From an uncultured delta proteobacterium (GTDB taxonomy: Bacteria > Desulfobacterota > Desulfobacteria > Desulfobacterales > Desulfatirhabdiaceae): DNA of 64,000 bases. Location of the stretch: NCBI GenBank assembly GCA_963789395.1, contig CAWBKP010000005.1:1-64000 (forward strand), written 5' to 3'. A program made the translations under genes and the position numbers. The notes below the pieces were generated by a model. That model searched no databases. It was not told where the DNA came from and saw nothing but the letters and a program-made list of their open reading frames with translations. This document shows positions 1 through 8,474 of the stretch, piece by piece; positions within the stretch are counted from its first letter, which is position 1, and each line of letters opens with the position of its first letter.

Positions 1-45
1 TACAGAAACAAGCGCTTCTCTTTTTTCAGACAAAGGAGAGAAACC

Positions 46-1506
46 CTGAAGATAATCATCGCCTCTATATTGGTGGTATTATTCGTATTTGGAACAGATG
101 CAGACATCCATGCCCAGGATATCGAATGGGAGACGCTTAACGACGAGGTTTTGTCTTTGGACCGCCAGGGCCTCTATGATCGTGCCATCGTAGTCGCAAA
201 AAAGGCATTGCAGGTCGCTGTCCACGCAGACGGGCCGAATCATCTTAACGTGGCCCAGAGTCTCAATATTCTTGCCCTACTGTACTGCAACCAGGGACAG
301 TATGTGGATGCGGAGCCCCTCTTCAAACGCTCGCTGGCAATCCGGGAGAGGAACCTCGGTCCGGATCATCCTGATATTGCCACGAGTCTCAATAACCTTG
401 CATTACTGTACTGCAACCAGGGACAATACGCGATCGCCGAGCCTCTTTTCAAGCGCTCGCTTGTGATCATGGATAAAACCATCGGGCCGGATCATCCCGA
501 TGTTGCCATAATCCTAAACAATCTTGCCATGCTATACGTTGACCAAGGAGAGTATACGCAAGCAGACCCGCTGTATAAACGCTCACTTGCAATCATGGAG
601 AAAACCCTCGGGCCGACTCATCCTGATATTGCCACGATCCTGGAAAATATGGCCGTCCTCTATCGGAATACGGGCCGTGAGAAAACAGCCGATGAATTTG
701 AAAATCGGGCTGCATCTATCCGGAATACAGAAACGAAATTGGATCAAGAAAAAGACGACAATTCCATCACCGAAGACAACCTTCCTGGTGATGATCCGTT
801 GTCAGCGCCTGTCTCAAGTGTTACAATCAACGATATTTTCATCGTTCCTCGATCAAGTGCTGAAAAAGGCAAACCAGTTGGCGCACCCATATTGAAGGTG
901 GGGGACAGCTACACTTTTGAAGTGGAAAACACCTCTGACAGAAAGCTCAGCTATGTTGTAACCCGTAAAATCACTGCCATCAACGGCAACCGGATGACAG
1001 TTGAGGCAACGGTCGCCAAGGACGGCAGAAAGCGAAGCACTTACTACGACCGTGCCTGGGGATATCTGGGATCGAAGTCCGGCGGCAATGACGGCGTGTC
1101 GTTTTCCCCTGCACTCAAGTACTTCGACTTTCCCCTCAGCGTCGGCAAGAAGTGGACGGCGCATTCAACCGAAACCAACGAGAAAACCAGACATAAGCGC
1201 CATCATACGATCAGCGGCACAGTGGAAGGATGGGAAAAAGTTCAGGTACCGGCTGGAGAGTTTGAAGCACTCAGGGTCGTTCTCAAGACCGAAGTCAAAG
1301 AGGGGGACAAGGTGTCTGCCGGCACCGATATCTCCTGGTATGTTCCGGCACTGCATCGCTCGGTTAAAACAGAGCTCACCGGATTGGATCCGGCAACCGG
1401 AGGTGAAGAAAAAAAAATAATCCGACTGCTCTCCTACCAGATACAACGGCAGGGAAATAACCCCTCCCCCAAAAAGGGGCGACCTAACGAACCATTCAGG
1501 AAATGA
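46..1506 (+). CDS. Secreted tetratricopeptide-repeat protein (kinesin-light-chain-type TPRs) with C-terminal beta-rich 'VPAGxF' domain
   Basis: Repeats of A.SLNNLA.LY..QG.Y..AEPLFKRSL.I.E..LGP.HP and a C-terminal EKVQVPAGEFEALRV...WYVP. The probable start is an in-frame CTG at 46 after AGGAG (34-38), giving signal peptide MKIIIASILVVLFVF; the ORF track starts at 70. Confidence 0.8.
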   Translation: MKIIIASILVVLFVFGTDADIHAQDIEWETLNDEVLSLDRQGLYDRAIVVAKKALQVAVHADGPNHLNVAQSLNILALLYCNQGQYVDAEPLFKRSLAIRERNLGPDHPDIATSLNNLALLYCNQGQYAIAEPLFKRSLVIMDKTIGPDHPDVAIILNNLAMLYVDQGEYTQADPLYKRSLAIMEKTLGPTHPDIATILENMAVLYRNTGREKTADEFENRAASIRNTETKLDQEKDDNSITEDNLPGDDPLSAPVSSVTINDIFIVPRSSAEKGKPVGAPILKVGDSYTFEVENTSDRKLSYVVTRKITAINGNRMTVEATVAKDGRKRSTYYDRAWGYLGSKSGGNDGVSFSPALKYFDFPLSVGKKWTAHSTETNEKTRHKRHHTISGTVEGWEKVQVPAGEFEALRVVLKTEVKEGDKVSAGTDISWYVPALHRSVKTELTGLDPATGGEEKKIIRLLSYQIQRQGNNPSPKKGRPNEPFRK

Positions 1507-1531
1507 AGAACATCTGTCCACAGGAGGCGTT

Positions 1532-1761
1532 ATGATGACACTGCATGAGCAACTCGATGGTATAAAAGCCAAAGCAGCAGCCATGATCACACCGGAAGTC
1601 GCGGCCGCAATGACTTCTGGATGCTGCCCATGCCGGCCCGCTTTATTGTTGATCAAAACGCAGTGATTCAGGCAGCGGATGTGAATCTTGACCATACCGT
1701 GCGCCCTGAACCGGCTTCGGCAGTCGAGGTGCTGAAAAAACTGTGGATCTGCTGTTCATGA
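1532..1761 (+). pseudogene. Internally deleted AhpC/TSA (peroxiredoxin-like) gene remnant
   Basis: SD AGGAGG then MMTLHEQLDGIKAKAAAMITPEVAAAM. A second frame from ~1610 reads DFWMLPMPARFIVDQNAVIQAADVNLDHTVRPEP, the typical C-terminus of this family. The catalytic middle is absent. Confidence 0.7.
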
Positions 1762-1839
1762 CACACAGCATCTCAATTGCGGAAAATATGTATTTCAAAG
1801 CAACATCTTCCAACCTATGATCTGTCTGGAGGGATCACC

Positions 1840-2109
1840 ATGTCGATGAACAAGGCAGCACAACTCTGGTTCGTCAATATCATTTCTATCGTGTTATTCT
1901 CGATTCTGGCCGTTACGGGCTTAATCAACTGGTTGTTTATCCCCAGGGGCGGCGGTGCCGAAGGCGGGTTCACGGTTCATCTCCGGCATTTTCTCAGAGA
2001 AGTTCACGAATGGACAGCCTTGATTTTCATTATCATGACATTGATCCATTTAGCCCTGCATTGGACCTATATCAAATCCAATTTACAGAAATACGGAATA
2101 ATTAAATAA
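1840..2109 (+). CDS. DUF4405-family small membrane protein (two TM helices, conserved His)
   Basis: SILAVTGLINWL...LREVHEWTAL...IHLALHWTYIK pattern; GGAGG upstream of the ATG at 1840. Confidence 0.75.
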   Translation: MSMNKAAQLWFVNIISIVLFSILAVTGLINWLFIPRGGGAEGGFTVHLRHFLREVHEWTALIFIIMTLIHLALHWTYIKSNLQKYGIIK

Positions 2110-2190
2110 CCCTGTATGAATCATACAGGGGCGATTGCAAGGAAAATATGGGTGCTGGTTTTGAGGCGTACGTTCTGAACGCCTCAAAAC
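2110..2190. repeat. Two perfect inverted repeats between convergent genes (terminator-like or degenerate intergenic repeat element)
   Basis: CCCTGTATGA-A-TCATACAGGG (2110-2130) and GTTTTGAGGCGT-9nt-ACGCCTCAAAAC (2158-2190). Confidence 0.65.
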
Positions 2191-2244
2191 GACGGAGGGA
2201 ATAAGCTAAACACAGATATCTGACTGTTACGAAGTCATCAAGAT

Positions 2245-3135
2245 TTACAACGCTGGATTCCGCAAAATAATAAGCTCATCTTCCGTAAGACGACGGTCCT
2301 CAATCCCGATTCCTTTGGCTTTCTTTTGGCAGACTTTACACAATCCTGTCTTCTTGTTGTAAGATGGAACCTCAGGATGAACCGGACACATGGATTGACC
2401 CAAATCAGGAAATTTTGTGATCTCTCCCTTTAAGAAAGAAATGACGACCGGCTCTTTGTCAAATTTTGTAAGACCGCTATTGATGAGTTTCCATTTACAG
2501 GAAGAACATAATTGCCGGCCCATATCGGATGCAATGGCTTCAGGGTGATATAAGCATTTGAGTTCCGTGTCAAGGGCGGTTGATTTAACCGTTAATGTCT
2601 TTTTGCTGGACGTTTCAGGTTGATCACTGTTGCTTCCTTCTGATTTTTTATTGATGCGAAGCGGGGTTTTTTTGAGCTTGCCGGCTTTCTTTATCTTTCC
2701 TTTTCCGGTTTCACCAGCTTTCTTTTGATGAGTGCGTCCGGACGTTGCCTTTTGTTTGCGGCCAGACTTGCGTTGACTGTTTGCCTTTTCCGGGATCACG
2801 CCAGGCATGCCGACAACGGCATTTATTAATGTGATATTTTCGTCTGGCTTCAAATCTTCCTCATCTACTCCGGCGTAATTGTATTTCTTCACAGATTGAT
2901 GTTTAGAGGCTTTTTGAGCGGGTAAAATACCAGCCGGTTGGATCGAGTTTTTTATTAAATGTATGGTTTTGTTCTTTATGTCCTGGAGCATCTTTTCTTT
3001 CTGAGCTATCATAGCCTCAATGGCCTTGACAATTGCCTTATAATCATCAATATCTTTAGCATAAGAGGTGGCCAGTTCATCGTATAATTTGAAACCGTCT
3101 ATGGCATTATCATCGAGTGTAATTGACATGGGCAA
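2245..3135 (-). CDS. Hypothetical protein: N-terminal coiled coil, Lys-rich linker, two CxxH-x12-CxxC putative zinc fingers
   Basis: 296-aa ORF with CLYHPE...LCSSC and CPVHPE...LCKVC; AT-rich coding sequence. Confidence 0.7.
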   Translation of the reverse strand: MPMSITLDDNAIDGFKLYDELATSYAKDIDDYKAIVKAIEAMIAQKEKMLQDIKNKTIHLIKNSIQPAGILPAQKASKHQSVKKYNYAGVDEEDLKPDENITLINAVVGMPGVIPEKANSQRKSGRKQKATSGRTHQKKAGETGKGKIKKAGKLKKTPLRINKKSEGSNSDQPETSSKKTLTVKSTALDTELKCLYHPEAIASDMGRQLCSSCKWKLINSGLTKFDKEPVVISFLKGEITKFPDLGQSMCPVHPEVPSYNKKTGLCKVCQKKAKGIGIEDRRLTEDELIILRNPAL

Positions 3136-3304
3136 ATATTTCCTATATTTTTATCTACGTTGTTTTATGAAATGCTTTATTGGGAATCATATAACAAAAA
3201 CGCTATTTATTCAATCTCATATTCCATTATCATCTAATATTTCTTAGCAAGACAGTCATGCGCTATCACCGGTATAATGGTGAATATATTTTTAGGAAAA
3301 TAAT

Positions 3305-3709
3305 GTGAGAAACGTATTCAAGATTCCAATCAATGTCAGATTCCGGGATATTGACGGCATGGGACATGTCAATAACGCGGTATTCTTCACGTATTTTGAA
3401 GAAGGAAGAAAAACTTTTTTTCAGGAAATTTCATCAGGTTCAGATCTTGCCGTTTTTCCTTTTATTCTGGCTCACATTAGCTGTGATTTTCTCAACCCCA
3501 TTAAACTGAACACCGGTCTGTCTCTTGAAATGTGGGTCAAGGATATTGGAAACAAGAGTTTTGGCCTGGGCTATAACCTGATGGACTTAACAGATGAGTC
3601 TATTACATATGCAACTGGCGAATCCGTCCAGGTCTGCTTTGATTACGGGGAAAATAAATCCATTGCGGTTCCCGCCTATCTAAAGCAGAAGCTGACTGAA
3701 TATCTCTGA
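3305..3709 (+). CDS. Acyl-CoA thioesterase (4HBT/YbgC hotdog family)
   Basis: VRFRDIDGMGHVNNAVFFTYFEEGR motif. Confidence 0.9.
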   Translation: MRNVFKIPINVRFRDIDGMGHVNNAVFFTYFEEGRKTFFQEISSGSDLAVFPFILAHISCDFLNPIKLNTGLSLEMWVKDIGNKSFGLGYNLMDLTDESITYATGESVQVCFDYGENKSIAVPAYLKQKLTEYL

Positions 3710-3806
3710 CATGGGTTCCCCCGGTTTTGCGGGGATTGAGACATTGCCGAAGCATTTGATTCTTTACGCGGATTGCCATACTGTAACGGAATGACGGAGG
3801 GATATA

Positions 3807-4250
3807 ATGAGACGAATCAAGATCATATTTATCGCCATGTTGCTTTGTCTGTGCCTGACTGTTTCCAGCGCGCAATCAAATGGCTATTATACCGGATGTT
3901 ATTATCCAGGAGCCTATTGGGCTCTGCCATTGATCTTCTTTGGGATTCCGGCTCTTGCTTATGCTCTGTCCGGCGGATATTACAGAACAAGTGCGTACGT
4001 TCAACCATCCTACGTCTATTACGAATCGCCCCCCACAACCTATCAACGCACTTACTATAGCACACGAACTGTCAAGCAGCCTGCCATCATACCATCATCA
4101 CCGGCGCTTCAACGCGCCGCAGACGATCCCAACTACCGGTACTATTGCAGGAGTCCAAGGGGTTACTATCCTGATGTGATGGATTGCCCGCTTGGCTGGA
4201 AAAAAGTAATGCCGGCATATAACCCTATCGATTACAAAGCAGACAAATGA
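3807..4250 (+). CDS. Secreted Tyr/Pro-rich hypothetical protein
   Basis: Signal peptide, GGAGG SD, and C-terminal YYCRSPRGYYPDVMDCPLGWKKV motif. Confidence 0.7.
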   Translation: MRRIKIIFIAMLLCLCLTVSSAQSNGYYTGCYYPGAYWALPLIFFGIPALAYALSGGYYRTSAYVQPSYVYYESPPTTYQRTYYSTRTVKQPAIIPSSPALQRAADDPNYRYYCRSPRGYYPDVMDCPLGWKKVMPAYNPIDYKADK

Positions 4251-4318
4251 GTGCCGCCATGACTTGCGGTTGAGGTGGTTTATTACCGGATTTCATGCGA
4301 TGCATGGGGATGGATATT

Positions 4319-5176
4319 TTATGACGACGATTCCTGAATGGCCGTTACAACCACATCGGGTTTGACGTCAATCCCCGTCCACAGGGCAAACGTACGCTTG
4401 GCCTGATTGGCAAGGGAGGACAGACCGTCCATGAACGGGATGTCTTTGCTATGAGCCATGTCCTGCCAAAAATTACGGGAACGACCGTAATTCAAATCAA
4501 GCACCATTTCACAATTCGGCAATTGGAGCTGGTTCACCAGTTCAGCCAATTCAGGGGCCTCATCAGGGCTGGATACCGACGTGGCATTGACCACAAGATT
4601 GACCGGAAGGGGTCGATCCGTTAGCGTAGCCAATGATACGGCCTCTCCGCCGATCTGTTTGACGACAGCGTTGATTTTGCTCTGACTCCGGCCGGTGACA
4701 AGAATCGGATTGGCGCGAACCCAGTTGAGAATGAAGACAACCGCCCTGGCCGCACCACCTGTCCCGAAAACAAGGGCTGATTTGCCGGCAATATCCAGGC
4801 CGGCATCTTTCAGGGCGTCCATGAAGCCGATGGCATTCGTGTTATACCCTTTTAGCTTATTGCCTTTTCGGACGATGGTGTTGATTGATCCGATAATGGT
4901 CGCACCTTCGGAAAGTTCGTCGAGATGTTGAATAATTTCCTCTTTATAAGGCGTGGTAACGTTTGCGCCGGCAATATTCAACATTCTGATTTCTTTAACC
5001 GCGTCGCTCAGCTTCCCGGGATCAATCACGAAAGGCTCATACGTTCCGGTAACACCGGCTCTTTTCATGATTGCGGAAAAGATTTCAGGAGCCTTCGTAT
5101 GCAATACCCGCTCATCACCTAAAATATAAAATTTATTTTCCATCTGCGATTTTTCAGAAATTGGATGCCCTCCCAT
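4319..5176 (-). CDS. aroE: Shikimate dehydrogenase family protein (divergent AroE-like)
   Basis: GANVTTPYK, SINTI, GYNTN, GTGGAARA, VNATS, DLNY and DGLSSLANQA motifs. An alternative start lies at 5143. Confidence 0.8.
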   Translation of the reverse strand: MGGHPISEKSQMENKFYILGDERVLHTKAPEIFSAIMKRAGVTGTYEPFVIDPGKLSDAVKEIRMLNIAGANVTTPYKEEIIQHLDELSEGATIIGSINTIVRKGNKLKGYNTNAIGFMDALKDAGLDIAGKSALVFGTGGAARAVVFILNWVRANPILVTGRSQSKINAVVKQIGGEAVSLATLTDRPLPVNLVVNATSVSSPDEAPELAELVNQLQLPNCEMVLDLNYGRSRNFWQDMAHSKDIPFMDGLSSLANQAKRTFALWTGIDVKPDVVVTAIQESSS

Positions 5177-5323
5177 ATGTTATCCTGGTTATCCCGCATG
5201 CTGAATTGTTTTATTACAAGTTCATCTAATTTAGCGTACACATTCTATATTTGCAAACAAATATAGAACGTCTGATCATGGCATCAGACGGTGTCGAGCC
5301 TCAGCTTGTCGATACTATCAATT

Positions 5324-5536
5324 TCATACTGCTTTCTCTACTGTAAATTCACTTCCTGCCAGCGTAATCCGATCCCCGGGATAAAGTTTTCGCCCCCGCC
5401 GCAGCTCTATCTGCCCATTCACCTGTACCAGCCGATCGGCAATGATCTGTTTGGCCTGACCACCGGATCCGGCCGCATTGACCGCCTTGAGAAAACTGTC
5501 CAATTTGATATATTCTGTCGTAATTTCCAATGTCAT
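5324..5536 (-). CDS. S4-domain RNA-binding protein (YaaA/YbcJ family)
   Basis: EYIKLDSFLK...SGGQAK...VQVNG..ELRRGRKLYPGD. Confidence 0.9.
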   Translation of the reverse strand: MTLEITTEYIKLDSFLKAVNAAGSGGQAKQIIADRLVQVNGQIELRRGRKLYPGDRITLAGSEFTVEKAV

Positions 5537-5572
5537 GCGCTCGCGCTCCTAAAGGCATATACGCCGCATCGC

Positions 5573-6610
5573 TTAACCCACGGCCAAAATGCCGTTCTTG
5601 CCGTTTGTCTTGATTTGGAACAGGGCATCATCTGCCAGCGCCAGCAATTCCCGGATATCCCCGGCATCCTCGGGAAAGGACGCAAGCCCGATGCTGACGC
5701 TCACATGGATGTTGTGCCCATGTTTGCCAAGGTACAGCGTTTCATTGATGCGCATGCGAATTTCTTCCGCCTTTCGCAAAGCTGCTGCCTTGGGCATATC
5801 CGGAAGAACCACCACAAATTCATCCCCTGCGTAAGCAACACCAAACGCCGGTTCTTGAATTGTGCCCCGAAGGGTACCGGCTATTTCATGAAGAACCTGG
5901 CTGCCTTTAAGATGTCCGTAAGAATCAACCACCCGCTTGAAATTATCCACATCCATGAAAAGCAGGGACACGGGGGTCCGGCCGGCACTTCTTTCCGAAA
6001 TCATGGCAGCAAGCGTCTGATACAGGTAACGGGTATTATACAATCCGGTAAGATTGTCGCGAATGGACAGATCGTGAATCTGGGTGTACCGTCTCATGTT
6101 TTCAACGGCGATTGCCGCGTAATCCGCAATGACGGAAAGCAGGCAAATGGTCCGCTCCCCGGTATTGGCAGGGTTCACCAGTTCGATTACACCGGAGCAT
6201 TTATCGCCAAAGACAAGCGGGACAGCAATCAGAGATCGGGTCGTCATGCCGGAAAGCTGATCCACCCTACTGCAGAATTCGGGGCAGGCGCCAACATCAT
6301 CGACAATCATGGGGCGCTTACGAAGAACCGCCTGTCCTGCAATGCCCTCTCCAATCTTCAGCCGGATGTTTTTAACCGTATCCGGTTCCAGGTTCACACA
6401 GACTTCGAATCGCAATTCCTGGCTCTGCTCATCCAACAACAGCAAAGACCAATTTTCCGCGGGAAGCAGTTCGGAAACCTTTTGAAGCATTTTTCTAAAA
6501 AACCGCTTGGGCTCCAGCTCAGAGGTCAATGCTTTTCCAATCTCCAGACAGAAGAGACAATCCTCCCGGCTTAGCAGGTTATCAAGTGGTGGAAGTGTCT
6601 GTTGTATCAT
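5573..6610 (-). CDS. GAF-GGDEF dinucleotide cyclase with Hypr-type signature (AGDEF motif)
   Basis: GAF domain (GEGIAG, TRSLIAVPL) plus RDNLTGLYN, DVDNFKRVVDSYGHLKGS, YAGDEF, SIGLA and ADDALFQIK..GKN. Confidence 0.9.
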   Translation of the reverse strand: MIQQTLPPLDNLLSREDCLFCLEIGKALTSELEPKRFFRKMLQKVSELLPAENWSLLLLDEQSQELRFEVCVNLEPDTVKNIRLKIGEGIAGQAVLRKRPMIVDDVGACPEFCSRVDQLSGMTTRSLIAVPLVFGDKCSGVIELVNPANTGERTICLLSVIADYAAIAVENMRRYTQIHDLSIRDNLTGLYNTRYLYQTLAAMISERSAGRTPVSLLFMDVDNFKRVVDSYGHLKGSQVLHEIAGTLRGTIQEPAFGVAYAGDEFVVVLPDMPKAAALRKAEEIRMRINETLYLGKHGHNIHVSVSIGLASFPEDAGDIRELLALADDALFQIKTNGKNGILAVG

Positions 6611-6801
6611 AAAAAATCGCCTTCGTATCGATTGGTTGAGACTGAAAGTCCATGAAACATTTCATTTGTAAAAAATAGGCGGGACGATGCATCCGGTCAT
6701 CTTCACATGGCGGATTCATATTTGAACATTTTTTCATGATCTAAATTTTTATCGTTTGATATGAGAGATGTCAATCAAATGTCGCATTTCGACCATTCGC
6801 T

Positions 6802-6828
6802 CTGGATTCCGGCTTCCGCCGGAATGAC
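6802..6828. repeat. REP-like palindromic element CTGGATTCCGGC-TTCC-GCCGGAATGAC
   Basis: 8-bp stem ATTCCGGC/GCCGGAAT with a GTCATTCC...GGAATCCAG frame on the minus strand; single copy in this window. Confidence 0.6.
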
Positions 6829-7055
6829 GGTGTTTGTGCTGATTCACGCCTGGAAGCGACCCGTCTGATCATGAATGTGCGTGAAAATCCCAGATCAGTG
6901 ATGGACCTTTTTGCATACTATCTCACAGCGTGATTCTTTAATCAAATTTCCATGAGACATTTTGATGGGACTTTGATAGTATTTACATTTGAAACCCTTG
7001 ATGTGTTTATTAAGCGTTTCCGGAAAGCATAAATGATTACGCCATCGAATCTGTA

Positions 7056-8406
7056 ATGAAATCCATCGGAAAATATGAAATTCTGGGGCTCCTGGGCCGG
7101 GGCGGCATGGGCAGGATTTTTAAAGTCAGGCTGCCGGTTATCGGCAAAATTGCCGCGCTGAAGCTCCTTGCCCCAAATCCGTTTCTGGTGGATATTCTGG
7201 GCATGGACCGGATCGAAACGCTGTTTATTTCCGAAGCCGTCACCATGGCAGGCCTGAGACACCCGCATCTTCTGGAAATATGGGATTTTGACAAGGATGG
7301 GGACAGGTATTTCTACACCATGGAATATTACTGCAACAATCTGGGAGCCATGATGGGAGAATCCAGCCGGCACGAACTGCCATCTCGCATCATTCCAACC
7401 GACAGGGCCATTCACTACATCCGCCAGACCCTTCAAGGACTGGCCTGCCTGCACCATGCCGGTGTCGTCCATCGGGATATCAAGCCTTTTAACATCCTGA
7501 TCACCGATCAGGACACCGTGAAAATCGGTGATTTTGGCCTGTCCAAACTTCGCGGAGAGAGTGTTGGCAGTCCGCGGAATCTGAAAATCGGTTCGCCGTT
7601 TTACGCCCCCCCGAGCAGGAAACAGATCCGGATCATGTGGACTTCAGCGCCGATCTCTATGCCGTGGCCGTAATGCTGTACCGCATGCTGACGGGATGTC
7701 TCCCTCAGGTATCCCCTGCCTCCTGCCAGCCGGATCAATTCCGATACGGACGAAAACTGGGATCATTTCCTGTTCAAAGCGATTTCACCGAAACCGCAGA
7801 ACCGGTTTTCCGCTGCCGGACAGATGCTGGATGCCCTGGAAACGCTTGAAGCCGACTGGATTATCAGAAAAGAGAAGGCATGCAATCTTTCAGACAGCCG
7901 GCAGACAAAACCGATCCGCAACATCCGGGCTCGGACGGTTTTCGGCCCAGAAAAGAGCCGGTGCGTATCAGGCCAGGGGAGGCCAGAGCTTTTTTTGGCC
8001 TGGATGATCTGTGGCGCCCCCGGCAATATTCCAACAGCCGGTTTCATAAACTTGACCGCCATCGGGTTCTGGATCAATTCACCGGACTGACCTGGCAGCA
8101 GGCCGGATCCCCTTATCCCCTTACCTGGAAAGGGCCGGCACCTACATCCTGAATCTGAATGGTGTGCTGCCGGCCGGACTCAGCGCCTGGCGGATTCCCA
8201 CGATTGATGAACTGATATCGATCGTTACCCGGCCCGCACCGGGATTGGATCTTTGCATGGAACCCGTATTTGATCCGACCCAGAAATGGTTGTGGAGCGC
8301 CGACAAGCGCTCGTTTACGGCAGCCTGGTATCTCAGCATGGATCTGGGATTTGTTTCCTGGCAGGACATGACCGGATATTATTATGTAAAAGGCGTCTGC
8401 GGCTGA
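7056..8406 (+). CDS. Ser/Thr protein kinase fused to C-terminal DUF1566 (Lcl, C-type-lectin-like) domain; at least 4 frameshifts in this sequence
   Basis: LGRGGMG, ALK, HRDIKPFN, DFG, GSPFYAP/PEQ and ADLYAVAVMLY, then VLDQFTGLTWQQ, WRIPTIDEL and WLWSAD...AWY, spread over ORFs 7056, 7637, 7824, 7880 and 8164. Confidence 0.8.
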
Positions 8407-8474
8407 CGGCCGCGTCTGTGATTCACCATCTTGTCCGCTTTTGATAACCCATTCCCAGAAAGGAATCATTTATA

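Noticed and set aside
240..680. ~126-bp periodic repeats as a CRISPR or DNA repeat array
   Set aside because: They are the coding repeats of 42-aa TPR units, with no spacer structure.
5291..6574. 427-aa plus-strand ORF and other long antisense ORFs (e.g. 20933-22333, 33592-34644, 49563-50825, 53277-54407, 58223-59551)
   Set aside because: They lie opposite well-supported genes and have no recognisable motifs; they are shadow ORFs from codon bias.
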